Assembly (NCBI RefSeq): GCF_030144855.1
Contig: NC_082710.1
Coordinates: 21,576,001-21,640,000, forward strand
Source: Hypanus sabinus
Lineage: Eukaryota
Length of the DNA: 64,000 bases
Reading direction: 5' to 3'
The notes beneath the pieces are model-generated. The model worked only from the letters and a program-made list of their open reading frames with translations. It was not told the origin of the DNA and searched no databases. Made by a program: the position numbers and the translations under genes. Shown here one piece after another: positions 14,231 through 28,088 of this stretch (within the stretch, counting starts at the first letter, position 1; every line of letters begins with the position of its first letter).

Positions 14231-16189
14231 TCTTGACAAATCATTGAGCAAACAGTGTCCAGTAATATGACCTTTTACTGTAGCATCAACTTTTGACCTC
14301 TCAAAATCCTTTTCCCATCAATCAAGAGGAACTGTGAAGTATCCTTTTCAAGTTCAGCTGATTTCAAAGTACCATTTATATCTCACATATAGACCACATG
14401 TAAGCTGTAATCTTAACGAACTGTTCCACATCAGAACCAGCTTCTGGCCCAACTGATTTAAAGCAAGGCTATATCACTGCCCCAACATGTTCTTCATCTT
14501 TTTCAACACAATACTACATCTCACCTCCAACAAACCGTACTCTGGAGTGGGATTAACCTACTGTTCAACCCTTGTCAGATCCATTCCTGAACTAAACACA
14601 GCAAGCTCAGTCACTGAGCAGCCAGACACAGATGACATTTGAATGTGCATGTTCGGACAAGCTCTGAGTTATCAACTGACTTTATCAAGCATAGAAAAGA
14701 ATAGAAATTATACTAAAACATTGCTAAACAAACTCCATTGACCAACATATCCTCACACTTGAGAGGTCCCACAGATGTTGTCACCAGAAAAAAACTCCAA
14801 AACCTCTGGCAAAGTTGGTGAATCAAGGACAGATAAATGTATACACAGGATTTTAGAGCAGATTACTGTTAGGGAATATTCTGGAGTTACAGTACATAGT
14901 AAATATAAACTTCAGCAACCAAGCTTTAGACCTGAACATGGATTGTAGATTAAATTTAAAATCCAGCCCTGGACAATAATTTCCTGGAGCTGTGAACATC
15001 AGTTAATTGAAAAAGCAAACAATGCTGATTAACATTCCTTCTGGGTGTCTAGAATGTAGGTGTGAAGGAGGAGTTGTGAAAAATTATATGTAATTCAAAG
15101 GAAGCATTGTAGATGTATTGTAACCACAGAATTGCCCTATCGCTACCCTTAATCTTCAGTAAATAAAATGTCACAGAGCATTGGATCAAACAGGCCTTTT
15201 CTTCCAAGAGTGCCTCATTTTGTTGATTCTATATCAACTAATCTCAGCATCAGTATCTCTTCAGTGACTTTGTTCACATTACAACAATTACATCTGCCAA
15301 TAACTACAACAAAAGTTCAATAAGCACATTGACAAAAGCGCTAATTAAAGAGTTTTCTTTAATCAACTTTATGAAAATTGGTCTACTCAATATAAAACAC
15401 CTGGACTAGAATGTACAAGGGAAGTATAAATCGGCTCAAGTGCAGAGCTGATTAATTATGAACAGTACTGCACATAATTTTATAAAAATATAAGCAAATA
15501 GGTTGGTGGACCATGCATAAACAAACCATGATAAATATATGTTATCTTTAAAGTAACGATCAGGGATTCTTTTTTTAAAAAGGACACTTATATGAACAGA
15601 ATTTAACACATTTTGCATTATTTATTATACATTCACAAAATAGCAAGACAAAATTGCATTCCATCTCTGAGTTTGGCACTTGAAGGCAATATGTGGCAGA
15701 TCTGGAGATTGACAGTGACTTGTAAAGAACATCACAGACATTAATATGTACACGGTATTCTTTTTGATCTTCAAGATTCCAGATATAATGGCTGGAGGGA
15801 TCCTTAAAGCTCCAATTTATTTTTGTCCTTTCTGAGTATAAAGGTTAATTGGGTATAATCCGAAGTGTTAACACTGCACATATTTTGTACTCAGGATTCA
15901 GAAACCAAAGAGAATTAATTATTCGGGATTTATACTCTCCCCAGAGTTAAAATAGTCATCTCAAATGTAAAGTAGAAGAAGACAGGATCAAAGATAATTT
16001 TTTTCCCAAGAGGAGGCAGATGGCATTTTCCAAATTTAGACAAGAAAAATTTTGAAAATTCTTTACTATTTTGATTCTCTCACATTCTAGCAATGGTTTC
16101 ACAAATAGTAACTAAATATCATGTATTAGAAGGCAGATATTTAACTTGATTGAACTTTGGATGTCGGGGGGGGGTACAACATCTTCAAA

Positions 16190-17177
16190 ATCATCATCAG
16201 TACAGGTGCTTAGCATTCTAATCTAATAGTTTTATACTTATGACTGAGAGGCTAAGTACAGCTCCAATGGAATATTCAAGTTTGTTAAAAACACCAGTGT
16301 TGATGGCTAAATCAAAGGTGCTGACAAATTTGTACAGGGAGATTGAACAACAACCTCTCACTTAATTTCAGCACAACCAAAAAGCTGATTATTAACTGCA
16401 GGAGAAAGAAATTGGAGGTCCAAGAGCAAGCGTTCATTAGGGGATTGGAGGTGGAGAAGGTCAGTAACTTTAATTTCTTGGTTGTTACCACTTCTGAGGA
16501 TCTGTCCAGTGACCAGTGCGTAAATGCCATTTCAAAGGAAGTACAGCAGCCCCTTTATTAGAAGTTTGCATAGATTCGACGTTTTATCTAAAATTCTGGC
16601 ATACTTCTATAGACATATTGTGGAGAGTATCCTGACTGGTTGCATAACAGTCTAGTATGGAAACACCAGTGCCTAAAAACAAAAAAGCCTGCAAAAAGTA
16701 GTGGACACAACCCAATTTGTTACAGGAAAAATCTCCCTACCATTGAGCACATCTACAAAAGGTGTTGCCACAAGAAAGCAGTATCCATCATCAAGGACCC
16801 CACCATCTCTTCTCGTTGCTACCATCAGGAAGGAGGTACGGGACCTAAGGGTTCCTGGTTCAGGAACAGTTATTAACCATTCAGCCATCAGGCTCCTGAA
16901 CCAGTGTGGACATCTTCACTCAACACAACTCTCAAATGATCATTATATAGACTCATTTTCAAGGACTTTGCAACTCATGTTCTCAGAATAAGTTATTTAC
17001 TCATTTATTATTAATACTCGTTTTATTTTTGCATTTACACAAATTTTCAGTCTTTGTGTGATTTTAATTGACCTATTGTACTTCTTTGTTCTACTATGAA
17101 AGGCTGCAAGAAAATGAATTTCATAGTAGTATTCAGTGGCATACGTGTACTTCGATAATAACATTTACTTTACTTTG
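16190..17177 (+). mobile_element. Rex1/Babar LINE 3' portion
   Basis: NNLSLNFSTTKKLII..EVEKVSNFNFL..SEDLS and ASIIKDP-like motifs; 3' tail. Confidence 0.8.
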
Positions 17178-17699
17178 CAGTGCACAGAACACATTACACA
17201 ACATATGGCCCACATGATACATTTGATCTCAATGAGGAGTGAACCTGCTTGCTTATAACTTCCTTACCTACATTTACCAGTAGAGACCTGAAACTAGTTT
17301 ATAAATAATCACAGGGCCTTCCACCAGAAAAGCAGTCTCTGCCCCAGTACTTCTCTGATGGCATAATAACCGTCAAAGTGCTTTTAATGAATGCTTATTT
17401 CTGACATAAGCAAAAAGTGTGAAGTTACTCAAATATTAAAAAATTAAAGCTATTATTTTCAAACTTTTCAAATATTTCAATGACATGTGGAGTTTTGCAA
17501 TATAAAGAAAATATTCCCAAATAGAGTATTTTTTATCAGTTATCTGCAATATTATTTTAAAAATCCTATGAAGGATACAATTTGATCTTGAAGTCTATCA
17601 TTATTCGGTCCAATTATTTACTTTTTACTATTATTTTCCCGTATTACTTCTGGTGAGATCACATTCCTATCTCAGTACCAGCTTCCTTACTGGTCTAGT

Positions 17700-18044
17700 A
17701 TACTAGTAGGCAGCCATCGATCCCAGGGAATCATGGGTTTGTGTCTGTTATGGACTGTGTCCTCTCCAGGGTGCAAGCCTGGGGGTGAAGACTTGAAGAA
17801 GCAGCTGTTGCCCATGCAGCAGGTCCCCCCTCTCTACGTCACTGATGTAGTCCAAGGGAAGGGCAAGCGCCAATAGTGTCGTTGCAGAGGTTGCCAGAAC
17901 GAAGTTGTAAAAAAACATTGAACTGCCTTAGAGACCCCAGCTCTGGATTTCTTCCTCAGGTTTTACTCCCGAAGCCTTTCCTGTGGGTGGTATGGCCGCA
18001 AGGCCACGGAGGTTTAAAATCAAAGTTTTCCTTCGCCTAGGCGG
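17700..18044 (-). mobile_element. Non-coding RTE-related element (RTE 5' UTR-like segment plus CTA-type tail)
   Basis: The reverse complement of 17930-18044 aligns with the RTE 5' UTR at 45612-45740 (cctagg.gaagg..ttt.aaacctccg..gccttgcggcca..aaaggct..gggagtaaa). It ends in ctactag, like the RTE tail. Confidence 0.65.
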
Positions 18045-19922
18045 TCTGATATACTTAGAATATCAACTCGAAAGTAAACATTCAGTACATCAGCATTTCT
18101 TTATTGTTAATTGCATTGACCTTTTTGTGAATGTAGTTGCAAAAGAAACATGGTCATATCCCTTCCAGATTATCTTTCATATAATGTTTCTGTCCTTTAG
18201 TTTCCTGTAAGTGTGCTTTTGGTAAGTGTACCCTTGCCCCTGAGGAGATAAAATTTGTTTGAAATGTACCTCCCACTCAATTTTGTTATTTTTATCATTA
18301 ACAACTTTGCTTAGTTAATGATGTACATTTTCTCTGTACTACTGCATTGAAATTAGACTTACTTAAAACTAGAATCATTGTAAAATAGAGACACAAGAGA
18401 CTGCAGTGATGGAATATGGAGAAAGAAACAAGCTGCAAAAGGAACATACCAAGCCAAACTGTCCCCACAAGAGCAAAGGAATTACTGATGTATCAGGTGA
18501 AAAACCCTGCATCATTTTTCCCTTTCATGTGACCGATATTCAATAAAGGCTCAGGACGTTGCTAGATTTTTAGTGAAATCTTGCTTAGTACTCACAACTG
18601 CCTGTCCTGGGGCATAACATCTTAGAAAGCCACGCTGAACAGAATTACTCAAATATGAACCAATCCATTTATCTTTTTATATGAAAGTTAAAATACTTTG
18701 TTAAAGTCCTTCTGCCTTCTCTACATGCCTGTTCAATCTCTGTATTTATATACTCACCTGTGTTTTGTCTTCTGTCGGTGTGTCTATTGAAGTTCATTCA
18801 CCTCCATTACCAGCATTTATCTTCTTATATTTTCATATTTTTCAGCTGAATTCATCTTGAATCACTAAGGCTAGACCTAATTCCCTATCAATCCATGAGA
18901 CAGATAAACTAATACATTAAGAATTCAGATTTACATCTTACAGTGGTGGTCAAAATTAGCTCACTCAAATTTGAATTTATCCAGCATTTCAAAGAACACT
19001 GAAGATCTAGTGCAGAAAATATTCCTACATTACAAATTCCTACTTGTAATGAGCACAACTAATTTCAAAGTATATTTGTGCTTTGACAGTTATAATTCAA
19101 GCATTCTGATTTTCATACCCTTGCTGTTGATTATTACCATGAATGCATTTATGAGACAATCTACCGTCATTATCCAATAGCTACAGACAATAGAATATAG
19201 TAAACAAGAAAATGCATACTGCTGACTAGAAAATAATCAAAAGAAGAATTCATTCAATCTTGCTGCATCTACATACAAGTTTCAGCTCTTCAAAATAACT
19301 TTGTAAAATGTACTTTTAAGATATCGCCAAATTGGGGAAATTAAAATTATTATCTACACATATTAAAATTACCAACAAATTAACACAATACATCAAAAGA
19401 CTCTACAAGTTCATATGTGGCATAAACAAAGAAATCAAAGTAGGCAGGCTTCAATGAATTTCTCCTCTTCACCACCACTACCAACAATTTTCAAACTTAG
19501 CTTACCAGCTCTGGTATGACAATTGAAGCACAGGAGCAAATGAGAAAAATAGATTTGATATTTCAGATCCTTCTTTTAGAACAGGCTTTTTTTCCCAAAT
19601 GTCTTAATAGAAAACTCCAATTTTAATTTTCTTTCCTAAGCTTTTACAAAAGTTCCTTTACATTTCCATTTACCAACTTTAACGTCTCCTTTAGGAATGC
19701 CCAAAAGTCATCTTCATTTTCAATACATATTCAAGTGAAGCGTTCTATTAAAATATTCAAGCACTGGGGCTCAAAAAACCTTCAAACAACTTGCTACCAG
19801 TTCCTCTCAAAGTACTTTCCAAACCCCTGCTCAAACTGAATTAGTTAATGAATTTATTAACAGAGTTCCTCATGTAACACAAATGTAGAAAAATGAAAGA
19901 TTATGAGAATATTCCAAACACT

Positions 19923-20900
19923 AATCGGAATTAGGTTTGTTATCACTGAATATAGAGTCATAGAACATTACAGCACAGAAACAGGCCTTTGGCCTACCTA
20001 GGCATGACGAACTATTAACACAAACAAACAAGCTGGAGGAACTCAGCAGGTCGGGCAGCATCCGTGGAAACGAGCAGTCACCGTTTTGGGCTGAGACCCT
20101 TCATCAGGACCACAGCATCTGCAGTGTACTTTGTGTTGACAAACTATTAATCTGCCTAACTCCAATGATCTGCACCTGGACCACAGCCCTCCATACCCCT
20201 CCCATCCATGGACCTTTCCAAATTTCTCCTGAAGGTTGAAATCAAACCCACAACCACCACTTAAGCTGACTATGTCGTGAAATGTCTTGTTTTGCGGTAG
20301 TAATACAGTGCAAAACATAAGTTACTTTAAATAGATAGATATACAGCTAGACAGACAACTAGTGCAAAAGAGGAAAAGCAAGGTAGTGTTCAGAGGTTCA
20401 CAGATCATTCAGAAATCTGATGGTGGAGGGGAAGAAGCCATTACTTGAACACTGAACGTGAGTCTTCGCTCCTGTACCTCCTCCTCAATGGTAGTACGGA
20501 GAATAGGACATGTTCTGAATGGTGAGGATCTTTACTGATGGATGCCATTTTCTTGATTCACCATCCCCTGAAGACGTCCTCAATGGTGGGGATAATTGTG
20601 ACTGAGCCTATAACCCTCTGCAGCCTGTTTTGGTCCTGCACATTGGAGCCTCCACAGCACTGATGCAAACAGTCAGAATGCTCAACATCATAAAGATACA
20701 GAAATACAGTGACATACCAAATTTCCTCAAAATGCTAATGAAGTACAGCCATTGATAATGCCTTTTTCGTGACTGCATCAGTGTGCTGGCCCAACTTCCA
20801 AAATTCTTTCAGGGCTGGAGAAAAGTGATTGTATCCCCTAAATACAACAAGGAATCATGGGCTCCAGGACATATCCTCTGAGATGCTGACACCCAGACAC
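19923..20900 (-). mobile_element. Rex1/Babar LINE 3' fragment interrupted by a CR1 3' end (19954-20265)
   Basis: The Rex tail resumes after the duplicated ctgaatat/ctgactat. CR1 tail agagtcatagaacattacagcacagaaacaggcc. Confidence 0.7.
20019..20137. mobile_element. 119-bp Penelope pLTR mini-insertion with internal inversion and 13-bp TSD
   Basis: Flanked by gacgaactattaa (20006-20018) and gacaaactattaa (20138-20150). Hammerhead-like motif on the minus strand at 20075-20112. Confidence 0.8.
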
Positions 20901-21589
20901 CTGACTCGTCAACTGTGCAAGAACTAATTTAATCCAGCAAAAATATACAAGGTCAAACATCTAAAACTATTAGAACTACAGCAGAAAGCAGTAAACAGCT
21001 GGCAAAGACAGTTAGGCCATGAATATTACATGTCTTAATGAAAACGATACTAACATCCACATAATCCCTTGGTAAGTAAAGGTTTTATAAAACACATCAT
21101 CTAGTTATAAAATACATGACAATCCAATCTCTGATGTAATACTATGTTACACACTAATTAAGTGATAACAAAGCAGTGGTAATTTACAAACAGAAGTTGT
21201 AGCTACTCTGCTCTGAAATAAGATTGTCTGCAATTAAAATTTAAAGTTTTAATAAACTTACTCCACCAGTCACAAATAAATTGGATTCTGTAAACGCTAC
21301 TCAGTTCTTTCCTGAACTAACTTCATGGTAAGAAAAAATAGCGGACTCTGGTGAAATAACATTTTAGAAACATAGAAAACCTACAGCAGAATACAGCCCT
21401 TCAGCCCACAATGGTGTGCTGAACATGCATTTACATGTACAGCATTTTAACAGAATAAATGGAGAGATATCTTCATGAGGGGAATACCTTCACACACATC
21501 TTGCTATTAAAAAAAAAGTTTAAGATATAGTCTTGTCAGAGAGGGATGCCGTGAAGATCCACTTAAATGATTGATGAGAATGCAAGACT

Positions 21590-21910
21590 ATTCTGTGAGG
21601 AAAGATTGAGACATTCTGTCTAGTTTACATGAATGAAAATAGATTTCATTGCAACTTACAAAATTCTTTCATGCTGGAGAAAAGTGATTGTATCCCCTAA
21701 CTAGAAAATCATGGTCTCAGAATAAGGGGTAATGCAAAGGTGAGGAGAAATTTGTCCATGCTTCATACCATTTAAATTAGAGAATCTATTAAGTTCTCTA
21801 CCATAGCGGGCAACAAAATTTCCGTAATTGAGTTTATCAAAATAGATACTGATAGATTTCTAGATGTTAAAGAAAATTAAGAGACATGGAATAGTGTAGG
21901 AAAGTGACAT
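21590..21910 (+). mobile_element. Degraded CR1 3' region
   Basis: Residual ..LIATYKIL.., GHSLRIRG and IDRFLD-like coding sequence. Confidence 0.55.
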
Positions 21911-21914
21911 ACAT

Positions 21915-23690
21915 CAAGATTCATTGGTAAGTAAGCTCTGGCAATTTCAGACACAGTGTTGCAGCCCAATGGATTCATCATTCTCCACAAAGACAGAACC
22001 GCTCAGTCTTTTAAAGGTAGAGGAAGTTGAATATGCTTTATGGTCAACTCTTCATGGTGCACAAATGTCTGTCTCAGTCCTACTCACCTGACCTGGAAAA
22101 TCCAGTGGTCAGATGTCATCCATTTTATCTGCCGAGGGAGCTTTCCACCACCATCCAGGTAGCAGTGTACTTTCGACCTTAAGTAGGCACTGGAGGAGCT
22201 GAGCACTGTTGTCAGCTGGTACAAAACTGATCACCCTGATACCTTCCCTATCACTGCAGGAGATTTCAACCAGGCCAGCTTCAAGAAGTCTGTGAACCAC
22301 CACCAACATATCACCTATGGAATCAGAAGAGCCAACACAATTGACCATTATTATACCACTACCAAGTATGCTTTCCATGCCATCCCACACCCACACTTTG
22401 AAAGTCAGATCAGCTGTCTGTATTTCTACAACTAGTGCATAGGCAGAGACTAAAGACCGCACACCAGTGGTGAAGACCAAGGAGGTATGCTCAAGGGCAC
22501 TTAGAGATCTGCTTGAGTCAGTGGACTGCACAATATGCATGGGTTCATCTTTGAGTCTGAATGAATACGTCATAGTTGTCACCGACTTCATCGAGACCTG
22601 TGTGGATGAATGTGTGCCTTTGAGAACATACCGGACAAGCCCAAGCCAAAAGCCATGGATCAACCAAGAGATACACGAGTCTGCTGAGGGCTAGATCTGT
22701 GGCATTCAACACCAGTGATCCAGAGCTATATAAGAGGTCCAGGTACAACCTATAAAAGGTTACTTTAACAGCAAAAAAAAAACATTCTGTGAGGTTAGAG
22801 ATGAAACCAACTGCATGTCAGCACTGGCAGGATTTGCAGCCTTTACTTTCTACAAAGGAAAATCTTACATCAGGAATGGCTGTGATGTTTCATTCCCAGA
22901 TTAGCTCAATGCCTGTTGAGCACACTTTGAAAAGAAGAATAAAACTACACCTGTGCAAATCCCTGCAACATCTTGTAACCCTGTGATCTCTGTCTTAGTG
23001 GCCAACGTCAGACATCTATGTCCAGGGTGAACCCTCACAAGGAGTCAGCCCTGATGTTGTACTTAGTATGGCTCTGAAAATTCGTGCTAATCAGCTGGTG
23101 GGAATGTTCAATCTCTCACTACTGCAGCTGGAGTTTCCCACCTGATTCAAAAGAGCACCAGTTATACCAGTGTCCAAGAGGAGCAGCATGAGCTGCCTCA
23201 ATGACAATCACCCTGAGGCACTCACATTTATTGGAATAAAATTCTTTGATAAGTTAATCATGGGTAGAATCAAGTCCTGCCTAAGCAAAGACCTGGATCT
23301 GCTGCAATTTGCCTATCGTCACAATAGGTCTGCAGTGGATGATGCAATCTCACTGGCTCTCCACTTGTCTTGGATAACCTGGACAATAGAAGTACCTACA
23401 TCACGATGCTCTTCAACACAATCATAACCTCAGTTCTAATCAACATGTTCCAAAACCTGGGCCTCTGTACCTCCATCTGCAACTGGATAGTTTATTTCCT
23501 CACTGGGAAACCACAGTCTGTGCAGATTGGAAATAAAATCTCCTCACTGACAATCAACATTGGTGCACCTCATGGATGCATGCTTAGCCCACTGCTCGAC
23601 CCTTCCCATGACTGTGTGGTTAGGTGTAGCTCAAACTCCATCCATAAATTTGCTGACAACACAATTATTGCTGATAGAATTTCAGTTGAC
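21915..23690 (+). mobile_element. Rex1/Babar LINE, decayed endonuclease and RT, 3'-truncated
   Basis: C(R)PFYLPRE, GDFN and KPWIN motifs; RT motifs DLLQFAYRHNRS, GAPHGCMLSPLL and KFADNT. Confidence 0.88.
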
Positions 23691-24119
23691 TGGGACACAG
23701 AAGGAAACCCGGGCAACCGTTGGAAGTACACTTGTACATGCCCTGATCGCTCTGATCTAACTTTACAAAATTTTTGGGTTGTCGCTCAGATTTCAAGCAT
23801 CCACAATATTTTGATTTTCAACAAAATAGGCTGAAGATATTGGAACATGAGATCACGTTTCTATAGTCCTTGACAATCTACAAAAAAAAGCTGTTTAATT
23901 GATTATTATGGGTAATTTCTTCCATTGAGTACAAACTTAAGAAGCAGGATTAATTATTTTATCCACTGTCAGTGTTGGTGCAATGCAAAGCTCTTTTGTA
24001 CAATAATCATCTTAATACCTTGCATTAAATTCCTTCTGGATGACTCAGTTGAATAAATTATACTTGTGAATGCAAAGATAAAACCATATACAGATGGTGG
24101 CTGAAATTTTACAAAAGAC

Positions 24120-24334
24120 TGTGGCGACCCACTTTCTGCGCAGGCGAACCGGCTCACAAATAGCCAGCGCGTGGGGGGAGACTTTGGTAATGCACCTCCA
24201 ACGTCATTTCCGCCCGGAGAGGGTGTGTGCTAGGGATTTAAATACCAGCACCACAAAGTTTGAATAAACTAGTCTCGAAACGACTTACCGACTGCATGTC
24301 GTTATTTTAACGCTGTGCGTCGCACATCGCTGCA
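24120..24334 (+). repeat. 5' LTR
   Basis: tgtggcgaccc...catcgctgca; contains AATAAA. By manual count it differs from the 3' LTR at 20 of 215 positions, mostly CpG transitions. Confidence 0.95.
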
Positions 24335-24335
24335 T

Positions 24336-24349
24336 TGGTGACCCCGACG
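24336..24349 (+). promoter_or_regulatory. Primer-binding site, tRNA-Trp
   Basis: TGGTGACCCCGACG starts 1 nt after the LTR and matches the first 14 nt of the tRNA-Trp PBS TGGTGACCCCGACGTGAT. Confidence 0.85.
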
Positions 24350-24372
24350 GCCCAAACGGGATTTGGACCAAA

Positions 24373-27300
24373 GATGACTGACTCTTCATCTGTTCACTCA
24401 GTTTCGCTCAAACTGCCGACTTTCTGGATGCTGCAACCACACCTGTGGTTTAGCCAAGCAGAAGCCCAGTTCCAGATTTGGCAGATATCCTCTGATTCCG
24501 CGCATTACTACCACATGGTGAGCACCATTGACCAGCAGACGGCCGCCCAGGTTGCGGATTTCATACAGTCGCCCCGGTAACTATGGCAACTATGAAGCAT
24601 TCAAAGCGCTGCTCATTGGGACCTTTGGCCTCTCACGGCGTGTGCGGGGTGCCCGCCTGCTTCACCTGGATGGTTTGGGAGACAGACTGCCGTCAGCATT
24701 GATGAACGAGATGCTGTCCCTGGCTGATGGACACAAGCCCTGCCTCATGTTCGAGCAAGCGCTCCTGGAGCAACTGCCCGGGGACATACATCTGCTGCTG
24801 GCCGACGCAGATTTCAGCGACCCATGGAAGGTGGCGGCCCGGGCAGACGTGCTGTGGAAAGCCAAGAGGGAGAGCGTGGCGTCCGTCGGTCAGATTACCA
24901 GGTCACACGCCCAACAGCAGACCAGACCAGGCCCGGCAAGGGAGCGCACACAACACAGAGGCAGGAGTGAGGAGGACAGTGAACAGTGGTGTTTCTACCA
25001 CCAACGGTGGGGCACAAAAGCCCACCATTGTCACCCGCCCTGCAAGGGCCAGGGCCAGGGCCAGCTGCCACTAATGACTATGGCAGCAGGCCACCAGGAC
25101 AGCCTCTTGTACGTCTGCGACAAACATTCGGGACGCCGCTTCTTGGTCGACACCAGAGTAGAGATCAGCGTTTTGCCCCTGACAGGGTACGACACCCACA
25201 ACAGGAAGCCAGGACCCACCCTTAGGGCCGCAAATGGCAGCACGATACGGATCTACGGCACCCAAACAGTGCAGCTGCAGTTCGGTGCCAGCCGGTTCAC
25301 ATGGCTCTTCACATTGGCCGCCGTGGCCCAACCACTCCTGGGGGCAGACTTCTTGTGAGCTCACAGCCTGCTGGTCGACTTGCAAGGGAAAAGACTGGTA
25401 CATGCTGAGACTTTCCAGACATTCTCCCTGGGTGAAGCCAAGTTGCCGGCCCCACACCTGGACTCCATCACGTTGTTGGACAATGAATTCACCAGAATCC
25501 TGGCAGACTTCCCATCGATTCTGGAACCGCAGTTCACGGCAGCCATGCCCAGACACAGGGTACAGCACCACATCCCGACCCAGGGACCACCCCTCCATGC
25601 CTGCGCACGAAGGCTCCCCCCGGAAAAGCTCCGCCTGGCAAAGGTGGAGTTCAAGAGGATGGAGGAACTGGGGATCATACGGAGGTCCGACAGCCCACGG
25701 GCCTCCCCCCTGCAAATGGTGCCCAAAGGAGCTGAGGGTTGGAGATCATGCGGCGACTACCGCAGGCTGAACAAGGCTACAACTCCAGACCGCTACCCCG
25801 TGCCGCACATACAGGAATTTGCAGCAAACCTGCACGGGGCAAGAATCTTTTCCAAAGTCGACCTCGTCCGGGGATACCATCAAATCCTGGTGCACCCTGA
25901 AGACATCCCCAAAACAGCACTCATCACCCTGCTCGGCCGGTTCGAGTTCCTCCGAATGCCGTTTGGCCTGAAGAATGCCGCACAGATGTTCCAGCGGCTA
26001 ATGGATGCAGTGGGACACGACCTGGACTTTGCGTTCATCTATTTGGACGACATCCTTATAGCCAGCAGTAGTCGTCAACAGCATCTGTCCCACCTCCGCC
26101 AGCTTTACTCCCGCCTGAGTGATTTCGGCCTCACGATCAACCCGGCCAAATGCCAGTTCAGTCTCGATACCATCCACTTCCTGGGCCACAGGATTACCAA
26201 AGACGGGGCAACACCTCTGCCCGCCAAGGTAGACGCGATCCATCACTTTGCCCAGCCCAACACGGTCAAAGGCCTACAGGAGTTCGTAGGTATGGTGAAC
26301 TTCTACCTCCGTTTCCTCCCCTCAGCAGCCCGTATCATGCGCCCTTTGTACAACCTGATGTTGGGTAAAGGCAAGGACATTACTTAGAACGAGGAGGCCG
26401 CGGCCACTTTCGTTAAAGCCAAGGAAGCCTTGGCAGATGCTGCGATGCTAGTGCACCCCAGAATGGACATTCTGACCACCCTCACGGTGGATGCATCCGA
26501 CACAGCAGTCGGTGGGGTGCTGGCGACCCTTGGCGTTCTTCAGCAAGCACCTACGAACACCCGAACTCAAGTACAGTGCTTTCGACCGGGAGCTGTTGGC
26601 ACTGTATCTGGCAATCCAGCATTTCAGGTACTTCTTAGAAGGCAGGCCATTCGCCACGTTCACAGACCACTAACCGTTGACCTTCGCGTTCAGGAAGGTG
26701 TCCGATCCCTGATCAGCTCGCCAGCAGCAACATCTGTCCTACATCTCCGAGTACACGACGGACATCCAGCATGTCTCGGGGAAGGACAACGTCATGGCGG
26801 ACGCACTCTCCAGACCAGCTGTCCAGGCCCTGTCCCTGGGGGTAGACTATGCAGCACTGGCGGAGGCGCAGCAGGCAGACAACGAGATGCCCAGCTAAAG
26901 GACCGCAGTCTCGGGTTTGCAGCTGCAGGATTTTCTCGTAGGCCCAGGTGAGAGGACCCTCCTGTATGACGTGGCTACCAGTCAACCTCGCCCCATCGTC
27001 CCGGCAGCCTGGAGGCGGCCGGTTTTCGACTCCATACACGGTTTGGTGCACCCATCTATCAGGACAACCGTCCGGCTGGTCTCCAGCAAGTTCGCGTGGC
27101 ACGGACTTCGCAAGCAGGTCAGTGAATGGGCCAGAACGTGCGCGCAGTGCCAAACAGCCAAGGTGCAGCGGCACACTAAAGCCCCGCCGCAGCAGTTCGA
27201 ACCCACCCACCGGAGGTTCGACCACATTCATGTGGATGTCGTGGGGCCCCCTATCAGTGTCCTGAGGAGCATGGTACCTCCTAACTATGGTAGACCAGTT

Positions 27301-28088
27301 CATGAGGTGGCCAGAGGCGGTCTCGCTCACCGACACATCTGCTCATTCCCACGCCCGAACACCGATCGCAACCTGGGTAGCACACTTTGGGGTACCAGCC
27401 CACATTACCTCCAACAGTGGCGCCCAGATCACCTCCAGCCTGTTGGAGCGCAGCTGCACCACACAACTGCCTACCACCCACAGTCGAACGGACTAGTGGA
27501 ACGCTTCCACCGTCACTTGAAGTCGGCTCTCATGGCCCACCTGAGAGGACCTAACTGGGTGGACGAGCTTCCCTGGGTCCTGCTTGGAATTCATACAGTG
27601 CCCAAAGAGGATCTGCATGCCTCGTCGGCCGAGCTGATGTATGGCGCACCCCTGGCCGTCCCAGGAGAGTTCATACCAGCCCCAAGGGGGCAAGAGGAAG
27701 AACCCACAGCAGTCCTGGACAGGCTACGCGAAAGGCTCGGCAACCTGGCCCCCGTACCAACTTCACAGCATGGACTGACCCCAACCTATGTACCCAAAGA
27801 ACTGCAAAACTGTAAGTTTGTGTTTGTACGAAGGGGCTGACACCAGGCACCGCTACAGCGGCCGTATGAGGGGCCATTCAGGGTGATCAACAACAACGGG
27901 TCCACATACGTTCTGGACATTGGGGGGAGAGAGGAGGTTTTCACGGTGGACTGACTCAAACCGGCCCATGCGGACTTGGTGCAGCCAGTTGAGGTTCAGG
28001 CACCGCGGCGCAGAGGCAGACCTCCCAAACAAAGGCTGATCCAGACCGTGGACATTGGGGGGTGTATCACCAGTTCTGGGGGGGGTTA
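24373..28088 (+). pseudogene. Gypsy gag-pol polyprotein, disrupted
   Basis: Gag SLKLPTFW..PHLWFSQAEAQF and WCFYHQRWG; protease FLVDTR (DTG mutated); RT ..DRYPVP..LRMPFGLKNA..YLDDIL; RNase H VDASD..PLAFFS; integrase H/CAQC and YHPQSNGLVERFHR. Stops, frameshifts and small deletions present. Confidence 0.95.

Noticed and set aside
18757-18870. Strong minus-strand donor CAG|GTGAGT
   Set aside because: The upstream sequence has stops in every frame and no good acceptor.
19506-19510. 5-nt minus-strand microexon cag|AGCTG|gtaagc
   Set aside because: Frame-shifting length and no other support.
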